Shown here piece by piece: positions 38,584 through 48,408 of a stretch of DNA of 64,000 nt. Made by a program: the position numbers and the translations under genes. Each line of letters starts with the position of its first letter. Position 1 is the stretch's first letter. Source of the DNA: Rubripirellula sp. (GTDB lineage: Bacteria; Planctomycetota; Planctomycetia; Pirellulales; Pirellulaceae); the NCBI GenBank assembly GCA_965216875.1, contig OZ244207.1:8200644-8264643 (forward strand), given 5' to 3'. The notes under the pieces were generated by a model that worked only from the letters and a program-made list of their open reading frames with translations, was not told the origin of the DNA and made no database searches.

Positions 38584-39804
38584 ATGTCCAAACACGCCAT
38601 GTCCACGGACTCCGTCACTCTTTATCCCCAGTACTCCGAACCGTTGACGATCGAACAGATTGAGCAACTCGCCGAGGGTGCAGAAGTTCACGTGGCCGAT
38701 GATGGTGCGGTCACGATTGCGTGGGATGATGTTTCCATCGAGCTCCGCTTCTTTCCGCAGGGCGATGTGCTTGTCGATGATCTGGCTGAATTTCGAAAGT
38801 TCGTCCGTGATCGCTCGGGATCAGATGATGAGGCTTCAGGATTGATCGAGGAGATCAATCGAACCGAAATGCTGGTTGATTGTGAGGTCTCGCCTGGTTT
38901 CGACCAAGACAACAAGGCAAAGAGTTTTGTCGTCTCGATGGCCGTCTCCTTCGAACGCTGTTTGCTGCTTTGCGACGGAGCGGTGTTCTCGCCCTTTGGC
39001 GAACTCTGGTTTGGGCCGCACGGCACGGAGCCTTTCGGAAATCTTGAGGACCTGCGCGTTCGGAAGCTACCGCTGGTCGATTTTCCAACAATGTCGGATG
39101 ACCAAAAGGAACGCTTCGAGCGGGTTGGCAAAAAGCTTGAAACACGCGGTGTGCCGGAGTTGATGAAACGCAGCTGGGTTCCCGATGCTGGGCAGGTCGA
39201 GCTTAGGAGCCCAGAGGAAATCGCGCAGCGCGCGTTTGCATTGCATGCGGTCATCTGTATTGCACGGGGCCGACCGCGCGAGGAAGCGATGCAGGAGCTT
39301 CGAGAAGCGGGGGCCGAAACATGGCTAACCCCTTTGGAAGCCGAGTTTCTTGCGATTGAAGATCCGAGCGAAGAACAACGGGGCGGCATGATCTGGAAGC
39401 TCGAGGCTCTTTGGACCTTGATGTGGGCTCTCCATCACATCGAAGCGTTTTCATGGCCAAACGACATGTGCGATGTCGACGGGTTGCATGAACTGGTGTT
39501 TGAAAAGGCAAAGGACGCCGCTCTCTTTGTCTCGCAGGCCCAGTGCCGGACAAAAGAGTGTTTGCTCGACACGACGCAACTGGTGGTTCAGCTGCAAGCG
39601 GTCCTCCGGTCGGCGATGATCGACGAGGAGCCGATTCCATCGAACCTTGATTGGAATCATCCTGCCGAAAGCGTTTTGGTGTACGAGTGCCCCGCCCACG
39701 CCGTGGTGACGGAGCGTCACTTGGCTTTGAATTGGTTGATCCGGCATGGCGACGCGGACTGGGACGATGTGGATGTCCCGACGGTGCCGTTCGCAGTGGA
39801 GTGA
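38584..39804 (+). CDS. DUF4272 domain protein
   Basis: 'LRSPEEIAQRA', 'WKLEALWTLMWAL', 'ERHLALNWL.....WDDV..PT'; start uncertain. Confidence 0.75.
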   Translation: MSKHAMSTDSVTLYPQYSEPLTIEQIEQLAEGAEVHVADDGAVTIAWDDVSIELRFFPQGDVLVDDLAEFRKFVRDRSGSDDEASGLIEEINRTEMLVDCEVSPGFDQDNKAKSFVVSMAVSFERCLLLCDGAVFSPFGELWFGPHGTEPFGNLEDLRVRKLPLVDFPTMSDDQKERFERVGKKLETRGVPELMKRSWVPDAGQVELRSPEEIAQRAFALHAVICIARGRPREEAMQELREAGAETWLTPLEAEFLAIEDPSEEQRGGMIWKLEALWTLMWALHHIEAFSWPNDMCDVDGLHELVFEKAKDAALFVSQAQCRTKECLLDTTQLVVQLQAVLRSAMIDEEPIPSNLDWNHPAESVLVYECPAHAVVTERHLALNWLIRHGDADWDDVDVPTVPFAVE

Positions 39805-39832
39805 TCGCGATCCACGCTTGCATTCTTTGAAT

Positions 39833-40024
39833 GTCGCCTTTCGCTCCGCGAAAGTAGCGTGCGCAACCGCAACTTTTGCGGAGCAAAAGGCGACTATGTT
39901 GAAGCTGGGCTAACATGCCGGATCTGCGTCGCTGTCGCTCCTTGATCCGGCCTACCTCTTTATTCGGATGCTCATCCTCGCTGCACGTTGGCACGGGCCC
40001 GAGGCCTCACGGCCAGCGGCTCAC
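39833..40024. repeat. Mixed repeat island: element F (39833-39894), REP B (39917-39955), family-C-like REP (39996-40024)
   Basis: F is a close reverse complement of 16595-16656; B matches 7694/7769 with one substitution. Confidence 0.8.
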
Positions 40025-40607
40025 AGGCTACTCGCTTAGCATGCGTGGGCCTCCCCACAAACGAAGAACGGGATTCCCTGGAAGAAATTTTGGAAATCAG
40101 GGAATTCTTTAGCCGCCTCGAGTTCAAAATGGAGCTAGTCCCGCAGCGTCTTTTGGGGGCACCCAAGGGCGATTCAGGAGGAATAAGCGACCGAATTGAG
40201 GTTTCGAACCCCCATTCGGGACGGTTTGGAAGGCCGGATTACGCCGAACGAAACGATTTTCGGACCGTCGAGGGAACTTTGGAGGGCCCGAAACGTCCGA
40301 AACACTGCGTTTCGTTGACACCCTTCGGGGTGCAATTAGAATCGCAAATCGCTCCTTGTCCATTCAATTTATCTAGTTCCTATACCCCCAAAGCTGGATG
40401 GGCCGGTGCCAGCGAATTGGCGAACGAAAGCGTTTCTAATTACCGATGCTAGACATACGCCAATAGCCGCAGAGCTCCCATGACACCTAACTTCACTGTC
40501 AATCGGAATCTTCGGCGCCACTATCGGAACCAGACTACCGTAGCGACCCGCACCGGCTCGAAGAGGCACCCCGTCTCTTCGCCGTCGCCCGTTTGTTGAG
40601 ACCCTCG

Positions 40608-43600
40608 ATGTTCAAACGAAACGAATCGAAACCAGAGTCATCCCGCCGCCGCGATCGTAAAGATCGAGTGAATAAGAAACGGCGTCTGCTGATGGAGGAC
40701 TTGGAAGCACGTCGTCTGTTGGCCACTCTGAATCTGCCGACCTACGACGGCCCACGCAATGTTGGCACCGTCCAAGCGACGCAATTCCTTGAGTCGGAAA
40801 CGATTTTGGAAGTCGGACGCAATGACGCGTTTGCCAACGCCGATGTCGTTCCGTTGGGCACTGGCCCTGGGCAAGACAACACCATCGACGTGATTGGTAC
40901 GTTGCCTTTCCAGCAAACGACCCAATTCCCACCTCGCTTCACGGTCGACCTTGATACCTATGCGGTTGATCTGCGAGCTGGTGACATTCTCGACATCTCG
41001 GCCCAGGGGGCGGCCGGCGAATACAGTGTGTTCTTCGAGGACGGAACACTTTGGTTTGGCGTCAACGACAACCAAGCGATTGGTGCCTACCCTGTTGATT
41101 CGCCGTTGCAGGATTTTGGTAACGCGGTCTTTGCTCAAACCGTTCCGCGAGATGGCCGCTACTTCATCACCGTTTCGCCGTTTGACACTTCGAACACTTA
41201 CACACTTGGTTTGCGAGCCTATCGTCCGTCGATCGAATCGGCTCCGATCGGAACTCGGCAAATCATCTTTGTCGACTTTGATGGCGGAACCTATCCCCGA
41301 GCCATCTTTAACGACTTCGCTCCGACGCCAGGTATCATTCGCTTGCCTTCGTTGCGAGAGTCGCTGCCACTCCTCGGCATTCAAGCCGTTGACGACGCTT
41401 CGTTTAATCGTCTGATCGATTTGACGATGGCCGAAACGGAGCGAATGTTCAATCACCTCGGTATTAGCGGGACCAATGGTGACTTCAATTCAACGGGCAA
41501 TCCGGGCGACTTTGGGGTTACGATCCTGAACAGCCGCGATCATGCGGACCCGGGTCTGAACAATCCGCTGGTCACGCGTGTGATCATCGGTGGTACCGTT
41601 GCCGATTCGGAAATCGCCACGATCGGTATCTCATCAACGCTTGACGTTGGTAACTTCAGCATGGACGACATCGTGATCGGCCTGTTGGACGGTGTGCTTG
41701 GCGTTGTTGGGGGTGTCCCATTAGCTCCGACCGCGTCGATCATTGACCAGATGGGTGACTTCCTAGCCTTCTTGGTCGCGCACGAAGCAGCCCACTCGTT
41801 TGGTATGCGGCACACGGCATCGGCCATGTCGCCTGCACCTTTCCCCGACAATGAAATCACCAACATCATTGACGAAGGTCCTGGTGCTGACTTCGGCCAA
41901 GTGATCGGTGCGGGGCCTGACGGTATCTTCGGGACGATCGACGACGTCGACGTCAACTTTGTTGAAGACCGCTTCTCGTATCGGGAAGGTTTGGTTGGGC
42001 AAAATCACACCGATGACAGCCTTTCGCAAACGCTCGCAACCGGTACTCGCGGTGGTGGGATCACAGGTTTTGTCTTTAACGACAGTAACTCCGATGGCCG
42101 CAGCGACAACGATGACGGCATTGCCGGCGTCTCGGTCTTTGCTGACATCAACGGCAACGGTGTTCGTGACAGCGACGAGCCTTTCTCGGTCACCGCAGAA
42201 GGCGGTATTTACACGCTGATCGCGACTCCTGGCGACTACAACATCGTCGTCAACGTGCCGCCAAACGTGACTCCCACGACCCCATCGATCGTGCCCGTTT
42301 CGGTTTCCGACAACCAACAATCGAGCGTTGTTGTCGACTTTGGTCTGACCTCGATCCTTGGCGGAACCACCGGTTTTGCCTTCAGCGATAACAACGGAAA
42401 CGGCACTCGCGAAGCGGGTGAAGTTGGCGTTGCAGGTATCTACCACTACATCGACCTTGATCGCGACAACCGACCTGACCTTGGTGAACCAAGTGCAGTC
42501 AGTGGCGCCGACGGCAGCTACAACATCGACTTCCCAGGTGCAGGTAACTACACGGTCCGCCAAGTCGTCCCACCTGGATTCACTCAAACCTCACCCGTTT
42601 CAGGCGAACACACTTTCCAATTCGATGGTGTTTCGCTGACGCAGAACTACAACTTCGGCTTGCTCCCATCGCGAGACTTTGGTGACGCTCCCGATACCTA
42701 TGGCACCACCATCGCCGCCGATGGTGCGAGCCACGGCATCACCGATGGACTCTACATCGGACTTGTTGATCCCGATCGTGACAGCGATGGTCAACCAAGC
42801 GATGACGCTCGAGGTGACGATGACAACGGACGCATCTTGCAAACAGGTGCGATCGAAGATGATGAAGACGGCGTCTTCCAGGTCGATCCACTCGGCCCAG
42901 GTGCGCGAGCTGAATTCCGCATCACCGTCACCAACACCAGCGGAAGCCCTGGCTACCTGCAAGGCTTCATGGACTTCAACGATGACGGTGACTTCGAAGA
43001 TGCTGGCGAACAATTCCTGACCGACATCTTCATCCCCGTCGGAACGCAAGACCGCGTGCTCGACGCGAGTGACGGAATCTTCGTCGACGTCCCAGCCGAT
43101 GCGGCAACGGGCTCGGTATACGCTCGCTTCCGATTGGCTCAAGAATCAGGATTGGGACCAAAGGGCAGCACGGACACCGGTGAAGTGGAAGATTATCGCT
43201 TTACCGTTTTGGACGAAGCCTCGATCGTTGTTGACGACAACTTCTCCGTCTCGCGTAACAGCCTCGCCAATCGCCTCGATATTCTCGGCAACGACTTCCA
43301 AACCGATGACTTCGAGCTGTTCATCAATGCAACCAGCCAACCGATCGGTGAAGTTGTCATTGCTCAAGACGAAGGCTCGATCTTCTACACCCCACCAAAC
43401 GGCTTCACTGGCCGAGACGCGTTCACTTACTCGGTGAAAGATGCTTCTGGCAACGTCATCCTTGACGACAACAACCAGCCTTTGGAAGCGTTGGTCATTG
43501 TAAATGTCAACTTCCAATCGGCTGTGCCAATCGCTCTGGACGACTCGTTCGAGGTTCCAGAAAACGCCGTCAACCGTGCGTTGAACGTCTTGGACAACGA

Positions 43601-45665
43601 CGTTCCAAGTACCTCCGGTGGCCTTTCGATCATCAGCGTGACGCCCGGCAGTGCGGGAGGCACCATCCGCATCATCGGTGGTGGCCAATCGCTTCGATAC
43701 ACACCACTGCCAGGCTTCAACGGTACTGAGCAATTCACCTACGCCGTTCAGGATTCGGCTGGTTTGACGAGCACGGCTCAAGTGACCGTCAACCTGTTGC
43801 CTGGCACGCGAAACGACGACGTTGTTGATTTCGACGTCTCGGTTCTCAGCCCATTGAACACCAATCAAGAATTGGACAACGTTCAAGTTGGCGACAAGTT
43901 CCTTGTTCGGATCACGGTCGACCACATCGAAGCATTCGCCAACCCACGTGGCGTTGCCTCGGCATTCCTTGACCTGCTTTACAGCGATCAACTGGTTGGT
44001 GTTTCGACCACGGGTCAAAACGTCAACTTCCCATTCGACATCGCCTTCGGTGACCAATTCTCTGGTGCTGGCACACTGCAAAGTGGTAACGCCGACATCC
44101 CAGGTTTGATCGACGAGGTCGGTGGTATCCAGTCGATCAACGCAAGCATTGGCGACAAGGCTCATGACGAACCGATCGTCTTGTTCGACCTGATGATGGA
44201 AGCACTCAGCCCGGGTGTTGCTGTCTTCTCGGCTGACCCCGCCGATAGCAACATCAGCGAAACGACCACGCTCGGATCGGACACGGCATTGCCAGTGAAC
44301 GCCCTGCGACTGGGGTCGACTGAGCTGTTGATCGTGCCACGAACCGATAACTTCGCCTCAGCGATCGATGATTCCTTCGCCGACGGAAACGATTCCAACG
44401 GTAACCCATTCTCAAGTGGCGTTGCTTCGACCCTCGATGTTCTCGAAAACGACATTCTTGGTCCAACTGGCATCGTCCGCGAGTTTGGCTTGGTGACGAA
44501 CCCATCGAAGGGCTCGGTAACCATCAACACCAACGGCACGACGACGCTGAACGATGACACGTTCACCTACACGCCAGGCTTGAACCAAAGCGGACTCGAT
44601 TCCTTCACCTACGTGCTTGTCACGGATGATGGAATCCGCAGCACCGCGGAAGTGACCATTCCACTTGGTGGTGGTGTCGCTCAGGATGTTGAAATCAGCT
44701 ACCGATTGGTTGACGAAAGTGGCAACCCGATCCCAAGCAACACCGTCAACGTTGGACAACGCTTCGGCGTCGAAGTGGTGCTGGAAGATACCCGCTTCAA
44801 TCCAAGCTTTGTCTTCGCCGCCTTCCACGACTTGACCTACACCTCGAGCGTGATTTCGACCACCGACACGGTTTCAACCGATGGGTTTGACTTCGATGTC
44901 GACATTGAAAACGGGTACAGCGAAAACGCAGCGGTTGGCACCAACGCACGCGTTGGCCTGATCGACGAGTTTGGAACCCTGTTCTCGCAGGCGACGTTCC
45001 CAAGTAGCGATGTCAGCCACTTGAACCCAATCACGATGGCGACCATCTTCTTCGAAGCGACCACAACGGGTACGGCTCGCATCGTTGGTGGCCCAGCCGA
45101 TACGTTCCCAGCACACGAAACGTTGCTGCTGCGTGAAGACGATCCTGTGGCAATCGAGAACATCAAGTACAACGTTCTTGAGATCAACGTCGAGGGTGCA
45201 CTTGGACCACAGCAGAACCTTGCCTTGCCGCAAGACGTGAATGCTGACGGTGAAGTCACGCCACGTGACGCCTTGATCGTTATCAACGCCATGGAACGTC
45301 AATCGAACTTGTTCCAAGGCGACTCGCCAGGTGCTCCGCTTGCCAGCGAGTTCTACACGGACGTCAATGGCGACACCCGCTTGTCGGCTCTGGACGCGTT
45401 GCAAGTGATCAATTACTTGGCGATTCAGTCCAACCTGCAAACCGTTCAAGCGGAGCAGGTTGAGACGGGTACCGATCTTGGTTCGTCGTCCAACGCGGAT
45501 GCAGCCTTCGCGATCCTCAACGATTCGGACCTGGTCGTCGACGCTTCGGCCCCATCGTCTGACGCGGTGGTCGAGTCGAGCACCGGCAGCGATGCTGGAG
45601 ACGACGATGAAGACGATGACGTCCTCGCACTGTTGGCAAATGATGTTGCCGACGCTTGGAACTAG
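40608..45665 (+). CDS. Large secreted multidomain zinc metallopeptidase (metzincin motif, SdrD-B-like, GEVED, cadherin-like Ig repeats, two cohesin-like domains, dockerin)
   Basis: 'MEDLEARRLLA' N-motif; HEAAHSFGMRH at 41781-41813; 'GFVFNDSN.DG' SdrD-B-like; 'GEVEDY'; 'YTPPNGFTGRDAFTY' Ig repeats; 'DVNADGEVTPRDALIVIN...DVNGDTRLSALDALQVIN' dockerin. Confidence 0.85.
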   Translation: MFKRNESKPESSRRRDRKDRVNKKRRLLMEDLEARRLLATLNLPTYDGPRNVGTVQATQFLESETILEVGRNDAFANADVVPLGTGPGQDNTIDVIGTLPFQQTTQFPPRFTVDLDTYAVDLRAGDILDISAQGAAGEYSVFFEDGTLWFGVNDNQAIGAYPVDSPLQDFGNAVFAQTVPRDGRYFITVSPFDTSNTYTLGLRAYRPSIESAPIGTRQIIFVDFDGGTYPRAIFNDFAPTPGIIRLPSLRESLPLLGIQAVDDASFNRLIDLTMAETERMFNHLGISGTNGDFNSTGNPGDFGVTILNSRDHADPGLNNPLVTRVIIGGTVADSEIATIGISSTLDVGNFSMDDIVIGLLDGVLGVVGGVPLAPTASIIDQMGDFLAFLVAHEAAHSFGMRHTASAMSPAPFPDNEITNIIDEGPGADFGQVIGAGPDGIFGTIDDVDVNFVEDRFSYREGLVGQNHTDDSLSQTLATGTRGGGITGFVFNDSNSDGRSDNDDGIAGVSVFADINGNGVRDSDEPFSVTAEGGIYTLIATPGDYNIVVNVPPNVTPTTPSIVPVSVSDNQQSSVVVDFGLTSILGGTTGFAFSDNNGNGTREAGEVGVAGIYHYIDLDRDNRPDLGEPSAVSGADGSYNIDFPGAGNYTVRQVVPPGFTQTSPVSGEHTFQFDGVSLTQNYNFGLLPSRDFGDAPDTYGTTIAADGASHGITDGLYIGLVDPDRDSDGQPSDDARGDDDNGRILQTGAIEDDEDGVFQVDPLGPGARAEFRITVTNTSGSPGYLQGFMDFNDDGDFEDAGEQFLTDIFIPVGTQDRVLDASDGIFVDVPADAATGSVYARFRLAQESGLGPKGSTDTGEVEDYRFTVLDEASIVVDDNFSVSRNSLANRLDILGNDFQTDDFELFINATSQPIGEVVIAQDEGSIFYTPPNGFTGRDAFTYSVKDASGNVILDDNNQPLEALVIVNVNFQSAVPIALDDSFEVPENAVNRALNVLDNDVPSTSGGLSIISVTPGSAGGTIRIIGGGQSLRYTPLPGFNGTEQFTYAVQDSAGLTSTAQVTVNLLPGTRNDDVVDFDVSVLSPLNTNQELDNVQVGDKFLVRITVDHIEAFANPRGVASAFLDLLYSDQLVGVSTTGQNVNFPFDIAFGDQFSGAGTLQSGNADIPGLIDEVGGIQSINASIGDKAHDEPIVLFDLMMEALSPGVAVFSADPADSNISETTTLGSDTALPVNALRLGSTELLIVPRTDNFASAIDDSFADGNDSNGNPFSSGVASTLDVLENDILGPTGIVREFGLVTNPSKGSVTINTNGTTTLNDDTFTYTPGLNQSGLDSFTYVLVTDDGIRSTAEVTIPLGGGVAQDVEISYRLVDESGNPIPSNTVNVGQRFGVEVVLEDTRFNPSFVFAAFHDLTYTSSVISTTDTVSTDGFDFDVDIENGYSENAAVGTNARVGLIDEFGTLFSQATFPSSDVSHLNPITMATIFFEATTTGTARIVGGPADTFPAHETLLLREDDPVAIENIKYNVLEINVEGALGPQQNLALPQDVNADGEVTPRDALIVINAMERQSNLFQGDSPGAPLASEFYTDVNGDTRLSALDALQVINYLAIQSNLQTVQAEQVETGTDLGSSSNADAAFAILNDSDLVVDASAPSSDAVVESSTGSDAGDDDEDDDVLALLANDVADAWN

Positions 45666-45696
45666 TCTCCCGTTCACTGAGAACCCGATTTCCCAC

Positions 45697-45731
45697 AAAA
45701 CACCGATGGCAATTGTCATCGGTGTTTTTTT
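45697..45731 (+). terminator. Intrinsic (likely bidirectional) terminator
   Basis: AAAACACCGATG-gcaattgt-CATCGGTGTTTT stem with a T7 run, about 30 nt after the stop codon. Confidence 0.85.
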
Positions 45732-45782
45732 GTTGGGGTGGTGACTTGGTTTGTCGACCCAAATCTCGGGCCGAAAAGTGTG

Positions 45783-45809
45783 AAGATTCCGGCTAAAGCT
45801 CGGTACTAC
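45783..45809 (-). repeat. REP family A, reverse orientation
   Basis: AAGATTCCGGCTAAAGCTCGGTACTAC is the exact reverse complement of the family A core. Confidence 0.85.
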
Positions 45810-45875
45810 AGACGTGAGTGGCAGGTGAGCGGCAAGGCGATGGCCGCCGGGGCATCGATCGCAGCGGGGTTTATC

Positions 45876-45946
45876 GAGCACGAGCACCGCTTTGCTGAGC
45901 ACGAGAACGAGAACGAGAACGGGCACGAGCACGAGAACGAGAACGG
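45876..45946 (+). repeat. Hexanucleotide (ACGAG[A/C]) microsatellite-like repeat
   Basis: CGAGCACGAGCAC...GAGCACGAGAACGAGAACGAGAACGGGCACGAGCACGAGAACGAGAACGG. Confidence 0.7.
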
Positions 45947-46094
45947 GTTGATGCGTTAACGCTCTGTGCTCCCCGTGCCCTCTGTGGCTTTCCCCGTGAG
46001 TCTTGCAAGGCCCGGCAGTCGGACGCGGCACATTCTCCGCTAAGATGAACCGGAGGATGATCCGCTGTGTCTATCAGGAAGCTGGCTTTCGCCA

Positions 46095-46556
46095 ATGAAG
46101 TACACCTTTGAATTCGAGATTGAAGCCCCCTGTGATTTTGTGGTCAAGCTGCACTCCGATCGCCAGACGCTCAAGGATTGGCAGCCTGAGTTGACCGAGG
46201 TCATTGCCGATGACGACGAGCGGCGTGAGGGAGGTGAGTGCACGCTGATCTACCACCTTAACGGGCGACGCGTTGAGATTCGGGAGCGAGTGGTTCGCTA
46301 CGATCCGCCCCACGAGTTATCGGCGGTCTACCACACGCAAGGCATGCAGAACCATGTTGTCAATCGGTTTGCTGAGATCAATCCAGATGTCACCTACTGG
46401 CAGCACGATTGCCGCTGGGAGTTTCCGGGGTTCCTGCTGAAGATCGTCGGCTGGTTCGCACCTCAAGCTTTTCGCAATCAGTCTTGGCGCTACTGCAATC
46501 TATTCAAGGCTTACGTCGAACGGGCCTATCGCGAGCACGCGGATGATGGTGGATGA
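46095..46556 (+). CDS. SRPBCC (START-like) family protein
   Basis: 'MKYTFEFEIEAP...V.KL......LKDWQP', 'YDPP', 'NRF'; size fits. Confidence 0.7.
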   Translation: MKYTFEFEIEAPCDFVVKLHSDRQTLKDWQPELTEVIADDDERREGGECTLIYHLNGRRVEIRERVVRYDPPHELSAVYHTQGMQNHVVNRFAEINPDVTYWQHDCRWEFPGFLLKIVGWFAPQAFRNQSWRYCNLFKAYVERAYREHADDGG

Positions 46557-47242
46557 ACTCGGGGCATCCGGTCGACGACCGCCAGCGGGCTCTGTGGATG
46601 GCGCTGGACGAATGCCAAGACGCCGAGCAGCGGAGCCAATGTCTTGGGATACTGGCAGACCACTACGACGATCTTGGTGACAGTCGCGCGGCCGAGTACC
46701 TGCGGTTGCGACTCTCCGGAAGCCAGGGCGGCTCAGGCTACCTCGACAATGTGCGGCTCCGTGCGCTCTTGAACGAGTTGGACAAGCGGTCCTTGCGATT
46801 GTTCGCATGCGACTGCGTGGATCAAGTCGACGCAGCCGTCGACGATGAATTGACGGCCGCGACGTTGCGGATTGTCCGGCGACATGCGTTCGGATTGGTG
46901 AGCGACCAAACGCTTCACCGTGCACAAGAATTGACCTACGAGCGTTGGGAAGGTGCCGCCAATGGTGTCGACTACGAGGCTGGCCTCTCCAAACGCGCGC
47001 GGCTTTGGGCGTTGACCCGCGCGACGGGACTGGTTTCACGCCGCCGCAGGACGTCCAATCCAGTGGCGGATGCGTTCTACACGGCAAACGGCGCCGCTGC
47101 AGGGCACCTTGTTGCCGTTCCGAATGTCAAACAGCGACGCGAGGACCAGATTGTCCTGGCACGCGAATACGTTTTGCTTGGCCGGTCGTACGATGCATGC
47201 GCCGATATCATCGAAATCAATCGCGAGCTGCTCAAGCGTTAA
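46553..47242 (+). CDS. Hypothetical protein with divergent TIGR02996-like N-terminus
   Basis: 'ILADHYDDLGDSRAAEYLRL' resembles the TIGR02996 'YADWL.E.GD.RAEFIR' motif; 'LRLFACDC'; ATGA overlap with the SRPBCC gene. Confidence 0.5.
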   Translation: MNSGHPVDDRQRALWMALDECQDAEQRSQCLGILADHYDDLGDSRAAEYLRLRLSGSQGGSGYLDNVRLRALLNELDKRSLRLFACDCVDQVDAAVDDELTAATLRIVRRHAFGLVSDQTLHRAQELTYERWEGAANGVDYEAGLSKRARLWALTRATGLVSRRRRTSNPVADAFYTANGAAAGHLVAVPNVKQRREDQIVLAREYVLLGRSYDACADIIEINRELLKR

Positions 47243-47247
47243 CGCGA

Positions 47248-48249
47248 TCACATTTGCATTTCGCAAATTTTGATCGCGTCGGCTGCGTTGTTAGCATCGA
47301 GAATGGGTGAAAGCGTTCCGTCGTCGACACACGCGGCGGCAGCATCGATTTCGGCGATGAAGGAAGCAACGGGATCACCATCCCCGCAATCTGGTTTCTC
47401 AATCGAACCGTCATTGTGAAAGATCGTGACAGGGATCAAGGAAGTCGAGCCATCGGCGTAGGCTGCAAAGTCAAACTGCACGGTCGCCTTTTCGAAGGAG
47501 ACCTCGTAGCCATGGGTGAATGGTCGGGCACCAGAATCGATCACACCGCCGGCGGCCGACACGATCAGGTCAGGATCGTCGAAGCGAAAAATCGTTTCGT
47601 AGTACATCGGCACACCCTCTTTCTTGCGACTGACCGAGTCGACTGAGTTTGGCATTCCAAACAAGAGTCGAATCAGGTGGGCGTCGTGCACGTGAAGATC
47701 GATCAGTGGGCCACCAACGGTGTCGCGGTTGTAAAAGTCGGGGATCCAATCGGGCGGGCCAATCGTTCGCTTGAAACGCCCCGAGATGACCTTGCCCCAC
47801 CGTCCGTCTGCGTTTGCTTGGGCAAGCAACGAGAACTCAGGCATCAGTGGCAAGATGTGGGCCACCATCAGTTGTCCCGGTTCGGCTTCGGCGGCGAGGG
47901 CGGCGGCCGTTTCGCCATCGAGCGCAAGCGGCTTTTCGCAGAGTACTTTTTTGCCGGCCGCAAAACAGGCTCGAATCGCATCGGCATGCAACGCAGGTGG
48001 CAAACAAATGTCGATCAAATCGATCGAATCGTCGGCCAGCATTTCGTCAAGGGTTTCGTAGACGTTGAGCCCGGCGACATCGATCTGTTCGCCCGGAGGT
48101 CCGAAATTTCCGCGAATTTCTCGCCAGTCACCGGCACGTTTCTTGGGATCACGGCTGCAGAACGACACCAACTCGGCTTTCTCGCTTCGCTGGTATGCGA
48201 GATAGTGAATCCAGCTCATGAAGCCAACGCCTACAATCCCGGCTCGCAT
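47248..48249 (-). CDS. Gfo/Idh/MocA oxidoreductase
   Basis: 'AGIVGVGFMS', 'VLCEKPLA', 'DLHVHD'; start moved to ATG 48249. Confidence 0.9.
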   Translation of the reverse strand: MRAGIVGVGFMSWIHYLAYQRSEKAELVSFCSRDPKKRAGDWREIRGNFGPPGEQIDVAGLNVYETLDEMLADDSIDLIDICLPPALHADAIRACFAAGKKVLCEKPLALDGETAAALAAEAEPGQLMVAHILPLMPEFSLLAQANADGRWGKVISGRFKRTIGPPDWIPDFYNRDTVGGPLIDLHVHDAHLIRLLFGMPNSVDSVSRKKEGVPMYYETIFRFDDPDLIVSAAGGVIDSGARPFTHGYEVSFEKATVQFDFAAYADGSTSLIPVTIFHNDGSIEKPDCGDGDPVASFIAEIDAAAACVDDGTLSPILDANNAADAIKICEMQM

Positions 48250-48408
48250 TCGACCCTCCGCCCTTTTCGCTAAACGCGTGTTTTGTGTGCAACGACGTCG
48301 GGTATGATCGTCGATCGGCGGCGGGTAAGAAAGACGGCACCAAAGAAAACGTCTGCCAGCCGCGACAACGATTGGGGCCACGAACGACACACAACACTGC
48401 GATTCATC

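Noticed and set aside
44874..46031. 385-aa minus-strand ORF with a VLVLVL stretch
   Set aside because: The hydrophobic run is the translated hexamer repeat; the rest is antisense to the peptidase gene and crosses a terminator.
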